Assembly: GCF_001194135.2 (NCBI RefSeq)
Contig: NC_068994.1
Coordinates: 59,709,017-59,773,016, forward strand
Direction of reading: 5' to 3'
Origin: Octopus bimaculoides
Taxonomy: Eukaryota
Length of the DNA: 64,000 nucleotides
Made by a program: the position numbers and the translations under genes. Numbering within the stretch: the first letter of the stretch is position 1; every line of letters begins with the position of its first letter. The notes beneath the pieces are model-generated. The model made no database searches and was not told where the DNA came from. It saw only the letters and a list, made by a program, of their open reading frames with translations. Of the stretch, positions 50,028 to 63,289 are shown in pieces.

Positions 50028-51424
50028 TAGAATATGTGTAGTGAAAATCTGATGATTGTTTGAATCTATGAAATGAAGGTCATGATAGATTACCTCCATC
50101 TTGCTTACGTTTTATAACAGTTCCCTGATTTAAATAGAAATGGTAGCCAGAGCCTAGGGGCATGGCAGAAATATTGAGGTATTGGTACTAAATAAATATT
50201 GAAAGGCATTGAACTCTGAACCACCAATAAATGAAATCACCATCAACGGTGAATAGAATGGTATAATAGTATTTCTCCCATGTGAAGGTGCATGTATATG
50301 TACATATATATATGTAATAAAATGTATGTATAAATATGTGTATATATTTATGTGTGTGTACATACAGCTGTGTTTGTGTTTATATATATCATCATCACCG
50401 TCATAATATATAAATAAATATATTCAGCTTTTTCTAGTAATAGTTTTGGCAAGCCCTTCTGGCACCAGTGTGTACAATGGTGCATATTGGTCATTCCCAG
50501 CAGTCGTTAGATATTAACCTACCTGGCATGCTCACATATGAAACTCCTCACCCCTGTCAGTGATACCATTAGCGTGTGTGTGTGTGTGTGTGTGTACAGA
50601 TTTTACCACAAAAGACCTCTCCAAAAGTGCAAACATGGTGAAATAAAATTCAAAAGAATAGTGGTAGTGAAAGACTGAGAAGTATATTTACGTGTGTGTG
50701 TGTAGGACTGTGGGACAAGTCATCAAATCTTGATAACTAATCATATTTCAATGTATTTAAAAACAGTTTTGCTTCTATATTCTCGTATTGTTTCCTTTCT
50801 TCTATTTGTAATAGGATGCAAAAAACTCCAGCTTCTAATAAAATACACTTTACAGGATGGATTCATTAATTATTCCTTTAGTTGAAAATTCAAATATATA
50901 TATATATGTGTGTGTGTGTGTGTATGTGTGTGTAAAAATATATATATGTGTGTGTGTACATGTATGTGTGTATACATGTATATGTGTGTTTGTAAGAGTG
51001 AGAGACCTGTGTATTTATAGAGCTGTGTACCTTTTATTTTTCTCACCATTGATGCTTGCTTGATGCTTTCCACACTCAACTGGCTAAATTCGTTGACCCC
51101 TGGGAAATGCCTGATGTGTGTGTTTAATACCCAGAGGTCTACAATGACTTAACCTTTTAACGGCTGATCATTTGACCTTTAAAATAATATCGCATAATTA
51201 AGATGCCAATAATTGTAAGATATGAAAATGAAATTTATCAATGATTTAAACAATGTATGCAAAAACTTGTCTCTGCTGAAGATATTTAGCATCAGACATG
51301 TTTGTTTGAATGTAAGTACATAAATAATGCATGTATCTGTGTGTGTATGCATGTTTGTGTGCATATGTGTGTATGCATGTGTGTATGTGTGTGTAGGTGT
51401 GTGTGCATGTTTGTGTGTCTGTGT

Positions 51425-51597
51425 GTCCCCCCACCACCATCACTTGACAGCTAGTGTTGGTTTGTTTACATCCCTGAAAAAATAAGTATCAGGCTAAAAA
51501 GAGTAGAACAGGTCCTGGGGTTGACTCATTCAACTAAAGAATTCTTCAAGGTGGTGCTCCAGTATGGCCATAGTCTAATGACTGAAACAGGTAAAAC
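51425..51597 (+). mobile_element. 3' half of the same SINE family as 52355-52716
   Basis: TTGACAGCTAGTGTTGGTTTGTTTACATCCC...CCTGGGGTTGACTCATTC...GGTGGTGCTCCAGTATGGCCATAGTCTAATGACTGAAACAGGTAAAA. Confidence 0.75.
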
Positions 51598-51635
51598 TAT
51601 TGCTAATCATAGCAAGGCATGGTAATAAACCTGTT

Positions 51636-51744
51636 CCAGTAAGTGTGTGTATATAAACACATGCCAGTCAGTGTGTATATAAACACACTCTATCCAGTAA
51701 GTGTGTATATATATAAACACACACTAGTCAGTGTGTCTATAACC
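51636..51744. repeat. Minisatellite, 4 units of ~28-33 bp
   Basis: CAGT(A/C)AGTGTGT..ATATAAACAC occurs four times. Confidence 0.8.
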
Positions 51745-52274
51745 CTACATTTATATCGTCTGTTGGTGTTTTTGAGTCCAAACTGTAAATTCTAGCCTCT
51801 CTTTGTTGATCTGTTTTCAAAATCAACTGCTTTAGTCATTTGTTCTGTCTCTGGTTATTGAGTCTGTGAGGTTCTTGTGAGGAACTAATGGTTCAACTGT
51901 TCTAAATTTGTCTGATTAATCGTAGAACTAAATAGGTGTCAATCCCGTATTCAAGGTGTACTGTATTCAAGCACTAGTTCTATCGATTTTCTATTTCCTA
52001 TATTATTAACAAACACAATGTACTCTTGTTTAAACATACACTGTTTATCTTATAGAATCATGTTCAACTGAGAGCATTCACCATACCCTCTTGCATTTCC
52101 TTTCCATAAACCACAGTAGTTTATGTTTGTGGTTGGTTGACTGTAAGGGACATCTACTAACGGATCTGTATAATGGCTCTCTATACTTATCTCTACCTTT
52201 ATAAATGTTCTGAAGAAGATAGAGCCGTGATGCAGTTCTAATGCCATTCCTCATTATTTTCAGTTATATCTCAT

Positions 52275-52345
52275 TATACACACTCATTCAAATATGATAT
52301 ACACTCATTCAAACTTGATATACACTTATTCAAACATGAGATATA
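52275..52345. repeat. 21-bp tandem triplicate abutting a SINE tail
   Basis: ATACACTCATTCAAAYWTGAT occurs three times. Confidence 0.75.
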
Positions 52346-52354
52346 TATATACCC

Positions 52355-52716
52355 TTTTACTTGTTTCAGTCATTTGATTATGGCCATGCTGGAGCACCGC
52401 CTTTAGTCAAGCAAATCGACCCCAGGACTTATTCTTTGTAAGCCTAGTACTTATTCTATCGGTCTCTTTTTGCCGAACTGTTAAGTTACGGGGACATAAA
52501 CACACCTGCATCAGTTGTCAAGCGATGGTGGGGGAACAAACACAGACACACAAACACACATACATATACATATATATATATACATATATACGACGGGCTT
52601 CTTTCAGTTTCCGTCTACCTAATCCACTCACAAGGCTTTGGTCGGCCCGAAGCTATAGTAGAAGACACTTGCCCAAGGTGCCACGCAGTGGGACTGAACC
52701 CAGAACCATGTGGTTC
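52355..52716 (-). mobile_element. Near full-length tRNA-derived SINE with a CORE-like box and internal microsatellite
   Basis: The minus strand reads B-box-like GGTTCAGTCCC, then GGCACCTTGGGCAAGTGTCTT, an internal (TA)/(TG) tract, and the 3' end GCGGTGCTCCAGCATGGCC...TGACTGAAACAAGTAAAAG. Fragments recur at ~1020, 7500, 19030, 20300, 28830, 34030, 38490, 40880 and 51430. Confidence 0.8.
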
Positions 52717-55094
52717 TCTATTGAACAGGCTACAATGCTGATACATTTTATCTTAAGAAAGTTTCTCTAATTCTTTCAGAGAAATATTTTCATCAAATCA
52801 AATCGAAACATTTGTAAATAGGCATTTTTTAAATCTCTTTTTCTGCCCTATTTCCTATGTCAGTATGTTTGAGACATGTCTTCTGGTTGCTCTGTCTTTT
52901 TCAGACATAATTTCTTATGTGTATGGTGGGGGATATTTTTCTGTTCTAATTCTGTAGAACTGACAAAGTTTCTACAATACATCGTTACCAACTCTGATTA
53001 TATATTCAATTTTTGCTTACACTGAACAATCTTTGAGACTGGAATTCAATATTCCTTTATCTTCTCCACAGTCAATTACTGTAGTTTATGAGATTCTTTA
53101 ACTAATTCCTGCTAAGTGGTGGCTGTCACTTAAAGAACTTCACTTGCAACTCAGATTCGTATTATATGCTTTCCAAACCCAGAGACAACAATAATTTATG
53201 CAGTGTTTTACTTTTATGAATATTTATTATTTTTCACACAGTATTCTATTTATTATTTCCATTCCACACGTTTTCCTCCTCCTCCTCCTGCTCATAACAG
53301 TAGAATCTCTTATTACTTGTGTTTCTTAATTATTGTTTTTAATTAATCAACTTCTGTTTTTCTACTTGGTATTTAATTAAATGATTGGGGAAGTGGGGAG
53401 AGAATTTCATAGTAATTTCCTTGATGTAAAAGTCCATCGTAGGCAATGAGGGATCCTTTTTGTGGTTAGTGGTTGTGCTAAAAATAGTATCCAACTCTCC
53501 CTCATTACTCCTTGTCCTTATACACCAAGATAGACTGTGCTTGAAAGAAAGGCATATTTGTCAACTTCACTTATGTTGTTGTTTAGTTCCAGGTCGGCTC
53601 TGCTTAAACATTATCTAATACCTCCACCTTTTCTGTTTTAAGAAAATAAGGTGTGATTTGAGGGAGATTTGGCTGTTATTTTTGAAGCTAGTTCAATGAC
53701 CATGTAGGGGCTCTCTCCCCACCCCCACCAAATATTTACTGTTGGCTGAAGTCTCTAACTGCTTCCATTAATTTTTTTTTCTAATCTTCTAATCCACCTC
53801 GTTCCATTAAAACTATAATTGATAACTTGTCCTGTTAATGTATTAACAATCTATTGGTTCTTTGTGTTCAATTCTCTTACAACTATTGATTTTAATCTCT
53901 TTCTCTTCTGATTTCCCCCTTTTAACTGTTGCATTCTCTGATGTTTATTTATTCCAAGATATTTCAAAAGCCAATCCTTGTTTGAAATTCTTGGATTTCA
54001 GGTTTTTCACTAATCACACATTATATATTTCTAAATTTTCCTGCTTTCAAAGTAGTTTTACATATTTATTAACCTTTAATTTTAAAATTCTTTTTTTTTT
54101 CCCTTTCGTTTATAGAATTACTTCTACTGAACAGAAACAAATTGCGTTTAATGCTGGCCGACATCTCTTTTCTGTGCTGTGTTCTGTTTTTTTTTACTTT
54201 TGTCAGTAATATCAAGATGTGTGCAATATCTATGAGTGCTGTTTTATCAATGTTTTTGTTTTTGCATGCAATCTTCTCTTTTATTTTTCTCTTTATATAT
54301 ATTTTGTTACAAGCATTTCACTCACACATATAATTACTCCATATATATACTTATCTCTCTCACTCTCCCCATCTTTCTGTTCCCCATGTCTCTCTCTTTC
54401 TTCCTCTCTCTCTCTCTCACTCTCTACACACACACACATATATACATCACAGTGTCATTATTGATGCTTTCAAACTTCCCCATTCCATATAGCTCAATTT
54501 TCAAGTCTTTAGATNNNNNNNNNNNNNNNNNNNNNNNNNNNNNNGGGGGGGGGAGTGGTGGTATTTATCTGCTGGTTCCTCAAATATCAGAAGAACAATG
54601 GTTTGTCTGAGAATATGTTCAATTATTTCTGTATTTATTCTTCTATGTAAACCAACATCTCACAACAGGATTATCTTGGCATTTTCTGAAATCTTCTTCT
54701 ATTTTAATCATTATTCCCAATCACAATTTCTCGGCAATATTGTCATTTGTAACAGACCAAACATTGGTCCCCAGTAGTTCTTTGATGACAACAATAACAG
54801 GGAAATGTCTGTGACTCAGGGATTTTCAAGGGACTTCATTCTTAAAGTGTCTTTGTTCTTTCTTTCATTTTTTTCTTGCTATTGTTTGTACCTTTTCATG
54901 CTAACATGGGTCAGCTGGAATGTGGTGAGACAGATTCCATGGCTGGATGTCAACTCTCACTTATTTCCAAGTAAGAAAATATTTTTCCAAGGCCAAACAA
55001 GGTTTTTCCGCAAGATTGGAAGTCCTTGAACAACAGTGGCACTCGTTTACAATAATCAAGTAGTGTGAAGACAGGTAGACACTAACACACACAT

Positions 55095-55510
55095 CGCCAT
55101 CATCATCATCATCATTTAGTGTCCGTCTTCCGTGCTGGAATGGGTTGGATAGTTTGACAGGATCTGATGAGCTGTGTCCACCTCCAATGTCTGCCTCAGC
55201 ATAGTTTCTATGGCTGGATGCCCTTCCTAACGCCAACCACCCTGAGAATGTAATGGGTGCTTTTATGTGCCACCGGCATGGGTGCCATTTGCATGACACC
55301 GGTATCTGTCATGACTGAGATTTTGCTTGGCTTCATGGGTCTTCTTAAGCATGACATAATGCCAAAGGTCTCAATCATTACTTCTGTGAGGCCCAACACT
55401 TGAAAGGTGCTTCTCGTGTGCCACTGGCATCAGCCACTTTTGCCTCTCTGAGGCCCAACACTTGAAAGGTGCTTTTCATGTGCCATCAGCACAGGTGCCA
55501 ATTATGTGAC
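55095..55510 (-). mobile_element. RTE-tail element with an internal 62-bp duplication
   Basis: CAT tail and shared 3'UTR motif (GGATGCCCTTCCTAACGCCAACCAC). A 26-nt block, TGAGGCCCAACACTTGAAAGGTGCTT, is repeated at 55387 and 55449. Confidence 0.75.
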
Positions 55511-56421
55511 ACCAGCATCTTATATATATATATCTATTAGCATCTATGTCTGTAATTAAATGTGTGCATGTGAGTGTGTGTGCGTGTGTGTGTTTCAGCT
55601 GCTTTATATAATTGTCTATTTCTATGTATCTAAAGGGCCACCCGTCTGTCTCACTATGGTCTAACTGCCTGCACCCCTCTTTCTCAGAAAACTCTCCCTT
55701 GACCTTTGTTGCTGCTGCCATTTCCTCTACCCATCTTTTGTTGCTATTTCTTTCAATACCCCTACCCTGCTATTTTAATCTCTCTCCCCTCTCAAGCAAT
55801 TTTCTGCTGTACTTAATGTTTTCCCCAGCCTATATTATATTTTCATATTTAATCTATCCAATATCAATGGAGATTTTGATGCATAAATCTTTGCATATTT
55901 ACATAAATCACACACACACACACACCCTACAGACACACAAGCACACACATTCATAGATGCATTGGCTTCTTTAAATATACTCGTACTTTATCTATGCATT
56001 TAGATGCACAAAATACACTTCTACACGTCATGATTGTTTTAATGAAAACCTTTTAACTTAATCTCTATTTTTCTCTCTCTCTCTCCCATATATATATATA
56101 TAAACACACGCAAACATATGCCAGCATGTATGTGCACATGTAGTATGCGTGTGTGTATATAATATTTCATAAGCTTGGCGACTTTGCAAACGTAATCTTA
56201 TCAATTATTTGGCTTATAATTTCTTTTCCTTCCCTCGTTTATATCTTCTCTCTCCAAGATATCTTTAAATCCAATACAATTACAAACTGCTCCATTTGAA
56301 CAACTGTTTGCACGCTTCTTAGATACAGTCTCTTCCTTTCTATTGCTATCAAACTGTTGGCATTCAATGGTCACATTTCTTTATAGGTTTTTCATTATCT
56401 GTTGCCATCCACGTGTTAGAT

Positions 56422-56640
56422 AGGCTGAAGATGGCAAAATGGGCAGAATCATCAAAGAGCTGGGAAAATGCTTTCTGCTATTTCTTCTGACTCTGAGTGT
56501 AAATCCTGCTGAGGTCAACCTTGCCTCTCCTCTATCCAGAGTTGATAAAATAAAGTACCAGTAAGGTACTGGGGTCCATGGTATTAATACCCCCCCCCCT
56601 CAAAATTACTGGTCTTCTGCCTACATCACAAGCCATTATA
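56422..56640 (+). mobile_element. Deu/Nin-like SINE copy; other fragments at ~190-300(-), 3460-3572(+), 27331-27434(+) and 49620-49775(-)
   Basis: GAGGTCAACCTTGCCTCTCCTATCCAGAGTTGATAAAATAAAGTACCAG...TACTGGGGTC, followed by a poly-C tract and AAAATTACTGGTC. Confidence 0.7.
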
Positions 56641-56714
56641 TATAAGTTTATAGTTTTAACTTTATGCTTAAGTATTCTCCATTATTTTTAATTCAGCCTT
56701 CGTGTGTATGTGTA

Positions 56715-56746
<32 letters not shown>

Positions 56747-58173
56747 CAAAAATAAGAGGAATGACCAGCAAAAGTGGACTCCTATATGCTAGAAATAGAT
56801 GCCGAATCATCTAACCACGAAGAAATATGTTCTCAGTAAAAAAAATTAGCAACACAACTGACTGTAAAAGGGCAAGACAAATGAAAAAATACTAAAAAAA
56901 AAAACCGATTAACCTATGTACCATGGTTTCACCTATTAAAATTTACGTAAGTAAATATCTGCAGGATCATCAGCATAGTCTGTCGATTTAAAAATATAAT
57001 TTCCAGAACTAGACATAAGATGTCCACCCGAAATGGAGCACGTGTAGAGTTCTACAAATTACATTCAGTGTATCCCTTCAAATGTCTTCAATCTGGCGCG
57101 CTAAGGCTGGAAATAACTCTGCAGTTAATAAATTTTTGCAGCTAATTTACCGGTTTGAGAACATCTTTGTCTTTTGTTACACCCAAACAGCAACAAATCC
57201 AGACTTCCATTCCCAGACCTCCTCTACTTTCTAACACTAACCAGTAACATTATCATGCTCTCACCCTTCTGTCTCTCTCTCTGTTCTCCTCTGAAGCTGC
57301 ACTGCTGCCCCAGCCTGGTCACAACCAAAAGACTGAAACCCCTCACACCTCCACTCTCTCTTTCTCACTGTATTTTCCATTTCTCAACAACTCCCCCCCT
57401 CTCTGTTTATACTTCCTTTATCTTCATTTGCTCCCTCTTCCTTTCTCTCAAAATATTTTCTTTCTCTTTCTGTCTCTTTCTCTCTGCATCTATAAGTGTG
57501 TGCGTGTGTGTATATATATATAAACACATATATATGTATGTATGTATGTAATCACATATTCACCCTCTCTACCTTGCTCTGACTCTTTTTCTCCCACCCC
57601 CATTGATATTCATGTCATACACTTTCTCATTTTCATTCCTCCCCTTCTTATACCCCCCTCTGTCTTTCATTATACATTCACACACACACACTATCTCTCC
57701 TTCTACACACACACACACACCTCTCGTGCTCACATGAACCAGAGAGATTTGGTTACTTTTAGATTTCGCTTTAATGAAACAATTATAAACAAGAAACCAA
57801 TTTTAGAATTGGGGGTGGGGAATACACAACCAAAAGCAAAAATATATTTAAAATGATGTTTTTTTTCCCAAAAAAATCTTTTCCTGAATCACCCGCTTTC
57901 CATTCCCACTTTTACATAAAAATCTATTCTTGATAGAAATTTTTAAATTTAATTAATCTTAACTTGGTTGTTGTTGTTGTTTAATTATTTGAACTCCATG
58001 AATTTCTGAGTTCTAAATATTTTAATCCATCCCACATCAACAACAACAACAACACCTCTAATGCCCCCACCCTCTCTCTCCTTCTTTCCTCTTTTATCTC
58101 TGTCTGTCTTTCCATCTCTCTCTTTCTCTCTCTGGATTGAAACAGGCTTATGAGATTGTTTTTGTTCCAATCA

Positions 58174-58274
<101 letters not shown>

Positions 58275-58844
58275 TTACATATGCACACACATATATAAAT
58301 TCATATGTACATGTATATACATATAAATTTATTTATATGTATGTGTAATTGCACACATGCATTCATGTTAGTGTATAGATGTGGGTGCATTTGTATGCAT
58401 ATGTGCCCATCGATATGCATGTGTGCATATATATATATCAAATTCCCAACACAGAGATGCTGCTGATGATGATGATGGCAATGTTGATGATGATACGTAT
58501 GTGTACAACACATTTATGTATATATTATGTTTTTTCAGATATCAACAAATATGTACGTATATATTTGTAGATGCAACTGTATGCATGTTGGTTGTGGTGG
58601 TGGTGGGAGGTGTATAAGATCTCAGATAAATCAATTGTGAATCAGACAACCAGTCATGAGGTCAGGGTCTCAATTTGCAATGAATGCACATGCGCATACA
58701 CACATACACATTACTTCACAATTGTCTAAAGTTTGGCCCAACAATGAGCACTAATTACTTGTAACTAGGATAATTATTATCTTCATCATCATTATATTCT
58801 TAATGATGCTTAAAATAGTTAATGAAATATTTCCTGATACTTAT

Positions 58845-58877
58845 GCTAATAATAATAACAATAATAATAACAACAAC

Positions 58878-58923
<46 letters not shown>

Positions 58924-58935
58924 GTAATAATAATG
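58845..58935. repeat. (AAT)n/(AAC)n microsatellite
   Basis: Directly visible; it is the source of the poly-Asn ORF. Confidence 0.9.
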
Positions 58936-59989
58936 GTGATGGTGAAGGTGATGGTTTCTCCTGTTGGATACAGTTGTCAGGGTTGATGCATTGACTGCAG
59001 AGTGTGACAAGCCTTTGTGCTGTCGCCCTCCTCCTCTCCTCTGGAACGACGTTCAGTGCCACCCTTTCAGCATGAAATTGTGGAACAAGAGGCAGACATG
59101 AAAAGGTGTTTTGTCCAGAATTATGTTGTTTTTGTCATTTGATAATCTTTAACAGGACAGCAACATCGATAATGATAACGATTGGGGTGGCGGGGGGGGG
59201 AGGTATTGTTGGTAGTGATGAGGATTGCTCATGAGATCATCAAATGATGATTTCCATAATTGATATAATGCTGATGATGTTGATAATAAGACTCATGATG
59301 CTGCTAACAATGATGACGATGATGATGATGATAAATATGAAGACAACAGCGTTTATGATGATAATAACACCATAAACAACAACAGCTGAGGCCCCACTGC
59401 CCTTCCCTAGAGCAAACACCCTCCTGCCATGTTTGCCAACACAAAATGTATTTTTATAGACAGTGTCTCTCCATTGTCATCTGTTAATGGTGGTAGCAGC
59501 AATGGTGGCACTGGAGGTGGTGAGTGGGTTGTAGTAGTAGTAGTAGTAGTGAGGTTGGTAGCTGTTGTAGTGTTTGTGGAGGTAGGTATTGTTTCTTTAA
59601 TTAGGCATTTCCTAGTTTCCTCCTTATCACACATTACTATTATGCAGATGATGTATACATACATACATACATACGCACACGTGTGTTTGTGTGTATGTTT
59701 GTATGTATGTGTGTGTGTGCATAAGACTTGTTGTGCACACATTTTGAGGCTGGCTGTTCAAATTCTCTGTCTAGGTTAGAAATCATAATGTACATACAAA
59801 CGTTTGTGCAGACAAACGTGTGTATATAGGCATATATTCATGTTGTTTTTATGTGCATATGTATACACACATATATGTTTATGTACATATATGTTTATGT
59901 ACATATATTTGTGTGCATGGGTATATGTGCAATTATATACATAGGTATATGTGTGTGCGTGTGTGTGTGTGTGTGTGTGTGGTGAGGGA

Positions 59990-60685
59990 GGATGTACAGA
60001 AAGTGTGATAGCTGGAGTAAAAATGGGATGGAAAAAAATTTGGAGAGCTTTTACCTCTGTTGGCAACCACAAGTTTCTCTCTCCGAGTGAGAGGAAGATT
60101 GTAAGATGCATGCATACAAACAGCAATTCTACATGGTAGTGAAATGTAGGCCCTGAATGTAGACAACATGCAAAGGCTAGAGAGGAATGAGGCTAGTATG
60201 CCCCACCGGGGCATGTGTAATGTAAGTGTTACAACAGTGTTGATGTATTGAGAGGAATTAGATGCAGGGTGCAAGAGAGAGGACCACACTGGTTGGGTCA
60301 CATGATGCAGGTGGAAGAGGGAGACTCGGGAAGACATGGCATGAAGTGCTGAAGTACAACCTCAATACGCTGAACTTTTCAGATGAGATAACAACGGACT
60401 GAGATACCTGGTGTCTTGCTGTACTCAAGAGGACCCGTATTTCACAGTAGAAGTGTTAAGGCCACTCCCCCTCATGGAAAGGATTGGTCTGGAAGAGTCC
60501 TGTCCCAGTTCCATGTTAAAAGCACCCAACACATTCTGTAAAATGGTTGGCATTAGGAAGGGCATCCAGCTGTAGAAACCAGGCCATATCAGACCGGAGC
60601 CTGGTGCAGCTCTCCGGCTTGTCAGCTCTGGTCAAACTGTCCAACCCATGCCAGCATGGAAAACTGACATTAAAGGTTGATGACA
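59990..60685 (+). mobile_element. Decayed RTE-type LINE 3' portion, the longest copy in the window
   Basis: Broken frames give GGCTESVIAGVKMGWKK / ELLPLLATTSFSLRVRGRL*DACIQTAILHGSEM*ALNVDNMQRLERNEASM, typical of the RTE post-RT domain. It runs into the shared 3'UTR (GGTTGGCATTAGGAAGGGCATCCAGCTGTAGAAAC...CCAACCCATGCCAGCATGG). Confidence 0.85.
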
Positions 60686-61159
60686 TATATGGTCCTGCGT
60701 ATGACTTTAAACTGCATCCATTGGGGGCAGAGCCGTGGTTCGGGCATTCCAAACTTTTAAGGAGTTTGGAACCCCCTCTTAGCTACTCTTGTTCCCCAAT
60801 CAACTCTGACCTGGAGTAGTAGCACCTGTGAAGGTTCCAGCCATATGAGCACTGGAATATAGAAATACTCAGATTGATGTCTGAGGGCCCAGTAAGCCCA
60901 CTGGGGATGAGGGACCCCTGGTCTTTGTTAAGGCATCCCTCTAAGAGAAGGCTACTCATGTGTAAAGCTTTGCTTGTCTCTAGGTTCCTTGACATTGCTT
61001 GTAAGAGTCGTTACTGTATTGTGCAAGCCACAATCAACTTCTAATCCTTGTATAGGCATGGCTGACACTTGTCTGTCAGCAATGGACATTTTGCTCTTCC
61101 AGTGAGTAGACAGCCATCGTGCATACATACATATATATGTGTGTGTGTGTAAAGATAGA

Positions 61160-61305
61160 TATCATCTTCATCATTTGGGATCCAGCATCCATGCTGGCAT
61201 GGGTTGTTTACTTTGACAGGATTCAACAGATCTGAGAATAATGTCTTGCCTGAGGGTTTGGCATTGATTCCATGGCCAGATGCCATTCCTAATGCCATCC
61301 ATTTT
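61160..61305 (-). mobile_element. Diverged RTE-3'UTR/SINE copy
   Basis: CCATGCTGGCATGGGTTG...GGCCAGATGCCATTCCTAATGCCATCCA. Confidence 0.7.
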
Positions 61306-61984
61306 ACTGAGCGTACTTTCTGACTTGCAAGATTAAAGAGTCCCTTCAAATACGAGGGAGAATAAGGGAGAGAGGGTGGCTGATTTATGTGAGGCGTTCA
61401 GAGGTCAAAGTATGATGGTGGGGGGGGGATGAGTTTATTGTGGAGGAGATTCTTGCGGATTCTGCATTTTACACGGATGGATGGGCAGAGAGGTGCAAAA
61501 ATAGGGAGGTTAATATGCTGATAATGTATGAAGGTTAACATGTCCAATCAGGTGAATAGAAGTGTGAAGAGAGAAGAAGGAGGAAAAAGTGGAAAGTGAG
61601 AGATGGATGGAAAGTTTCTGTATTGTTTGGTAAACAGAATTTATCAAGATCACAATGTCTTTGTGTGGCAGATATGAAGTGTGTGTGTGTGTGTGTGTGT
61701 GTCCAAGAGAAATACTTATTGAATCTTCATAGAGAAAATTTTTAATGATGTGAAAAACTACTTGGGTTGTTATCAATATCTGAACCATTCCATTTCAATA
61801 AGTCTATTTGGTTGTGTTTTATACTTGTTAAATATATTGTATAGGAAATATTCGCATACAAAGATGATCATTTTAGCTTCTGGTAAATTGAATTTTTCAG
61901 ATGTTCTCTAAATGTACATAACTGCTGTTGTGTATTTTACCCATCAAATAATACACACACACACACAAATACACACACATGTTT

Positions 61985-62034
<50 letters not shown>

Positions 62035-62569
62035 AAATAATCAAAATTTATCATTATCTCCACCATTTAATTTTGAAAAATTTTCCAGCAAGTCAAATTA
62101 TTTTCTAGAAAAACTCAAAAGCTTGTGTCGCCAATGTTTCCAAAAGATACTAACAAACACACACATACACACACACACACACACACAGACGTACACACAT
62201 CAAATAAAAATTGTAAATAATGTTTTGTGCTTTTACTGTGTAGATAAAAGAGCATGATTATGACTTCATCGACAGTATATTGACTTGCAATGTAATTACA
62301 GTACTGTAATTCCCCTGATGAATTTAATAGACACTGTTTTGTGTATGTATAATGTGTGATTTATATACACAAAGGCCTGAGTAAACAAGGAGTGATTTAA
62401 TTATGTCACCTGGTCTCAACCGTGTCTCTAACCAGTTTTATTTCTTCAAAGGCACCACTGTAATGTCTCTCTGACAAAAGCAAAAATGGACAAATGTGAA
62501 CATGTTGTTGCTGCTTCGTTTCGTAACAAGATATGCATGTGTGTGGGTGTATGCATATGTGTGTGTGTA

Positions 62570-62604
<35 letters not shown>

Positions 62605-63255
62605 TCTGGAGTTGTCAGGAGTATGGAGTCACCCTTTAATTACCAATACTCCCAGAATCAGCTCTGACCCAGAACAGTAGTGGCTGTCAGCTTTGCAAAC
62701 GGTTAGCAACTATTGAGAGCTAAAGTATTTTAAGACCTCTTTAATGTCTATTCTCTATCTGTTTAATTTACAATTTGTGAATCTTACTAATTGCTGCTAA
62801 TTACAGGCTATATGTAATATATAGATATCAACGGAATCATTACTGTTTCACTGATATCTTCAGAACTTTTAAATTATTTGTTGAGCCAGTCAACATTTTC
62901 ATTGAACAACTGCAACCAGGTCGCTGACAACAAATCTACTGCAGAAATCTACTAAAATCTACAGAACTTATATGAAACTCGTCAGAATCTACAAAATAGA
63001 TCTCTACACATATTTGTCTGTGTAGAGATGTCTTGGAATGTGTTGAATTGACATCTTACAATCTTTCGTCTGTCAAACTGATAAATTTGTGAATTTGATC
63101 AGCTGTCTTTACTTTTTTGCCTTTTTCAATTCATTTGTCTGTCAGTCAATAGAGTTGATGATGTACTTAACAAGGAAGTTTCTAACTCATCAAGATGTGC
63201 AAAATATGTCTAACAATCTATGTCTCACTACTTGTCTTTTTAACCATCATCTTTC

Positions 63256-63289
<34 letters not shown>

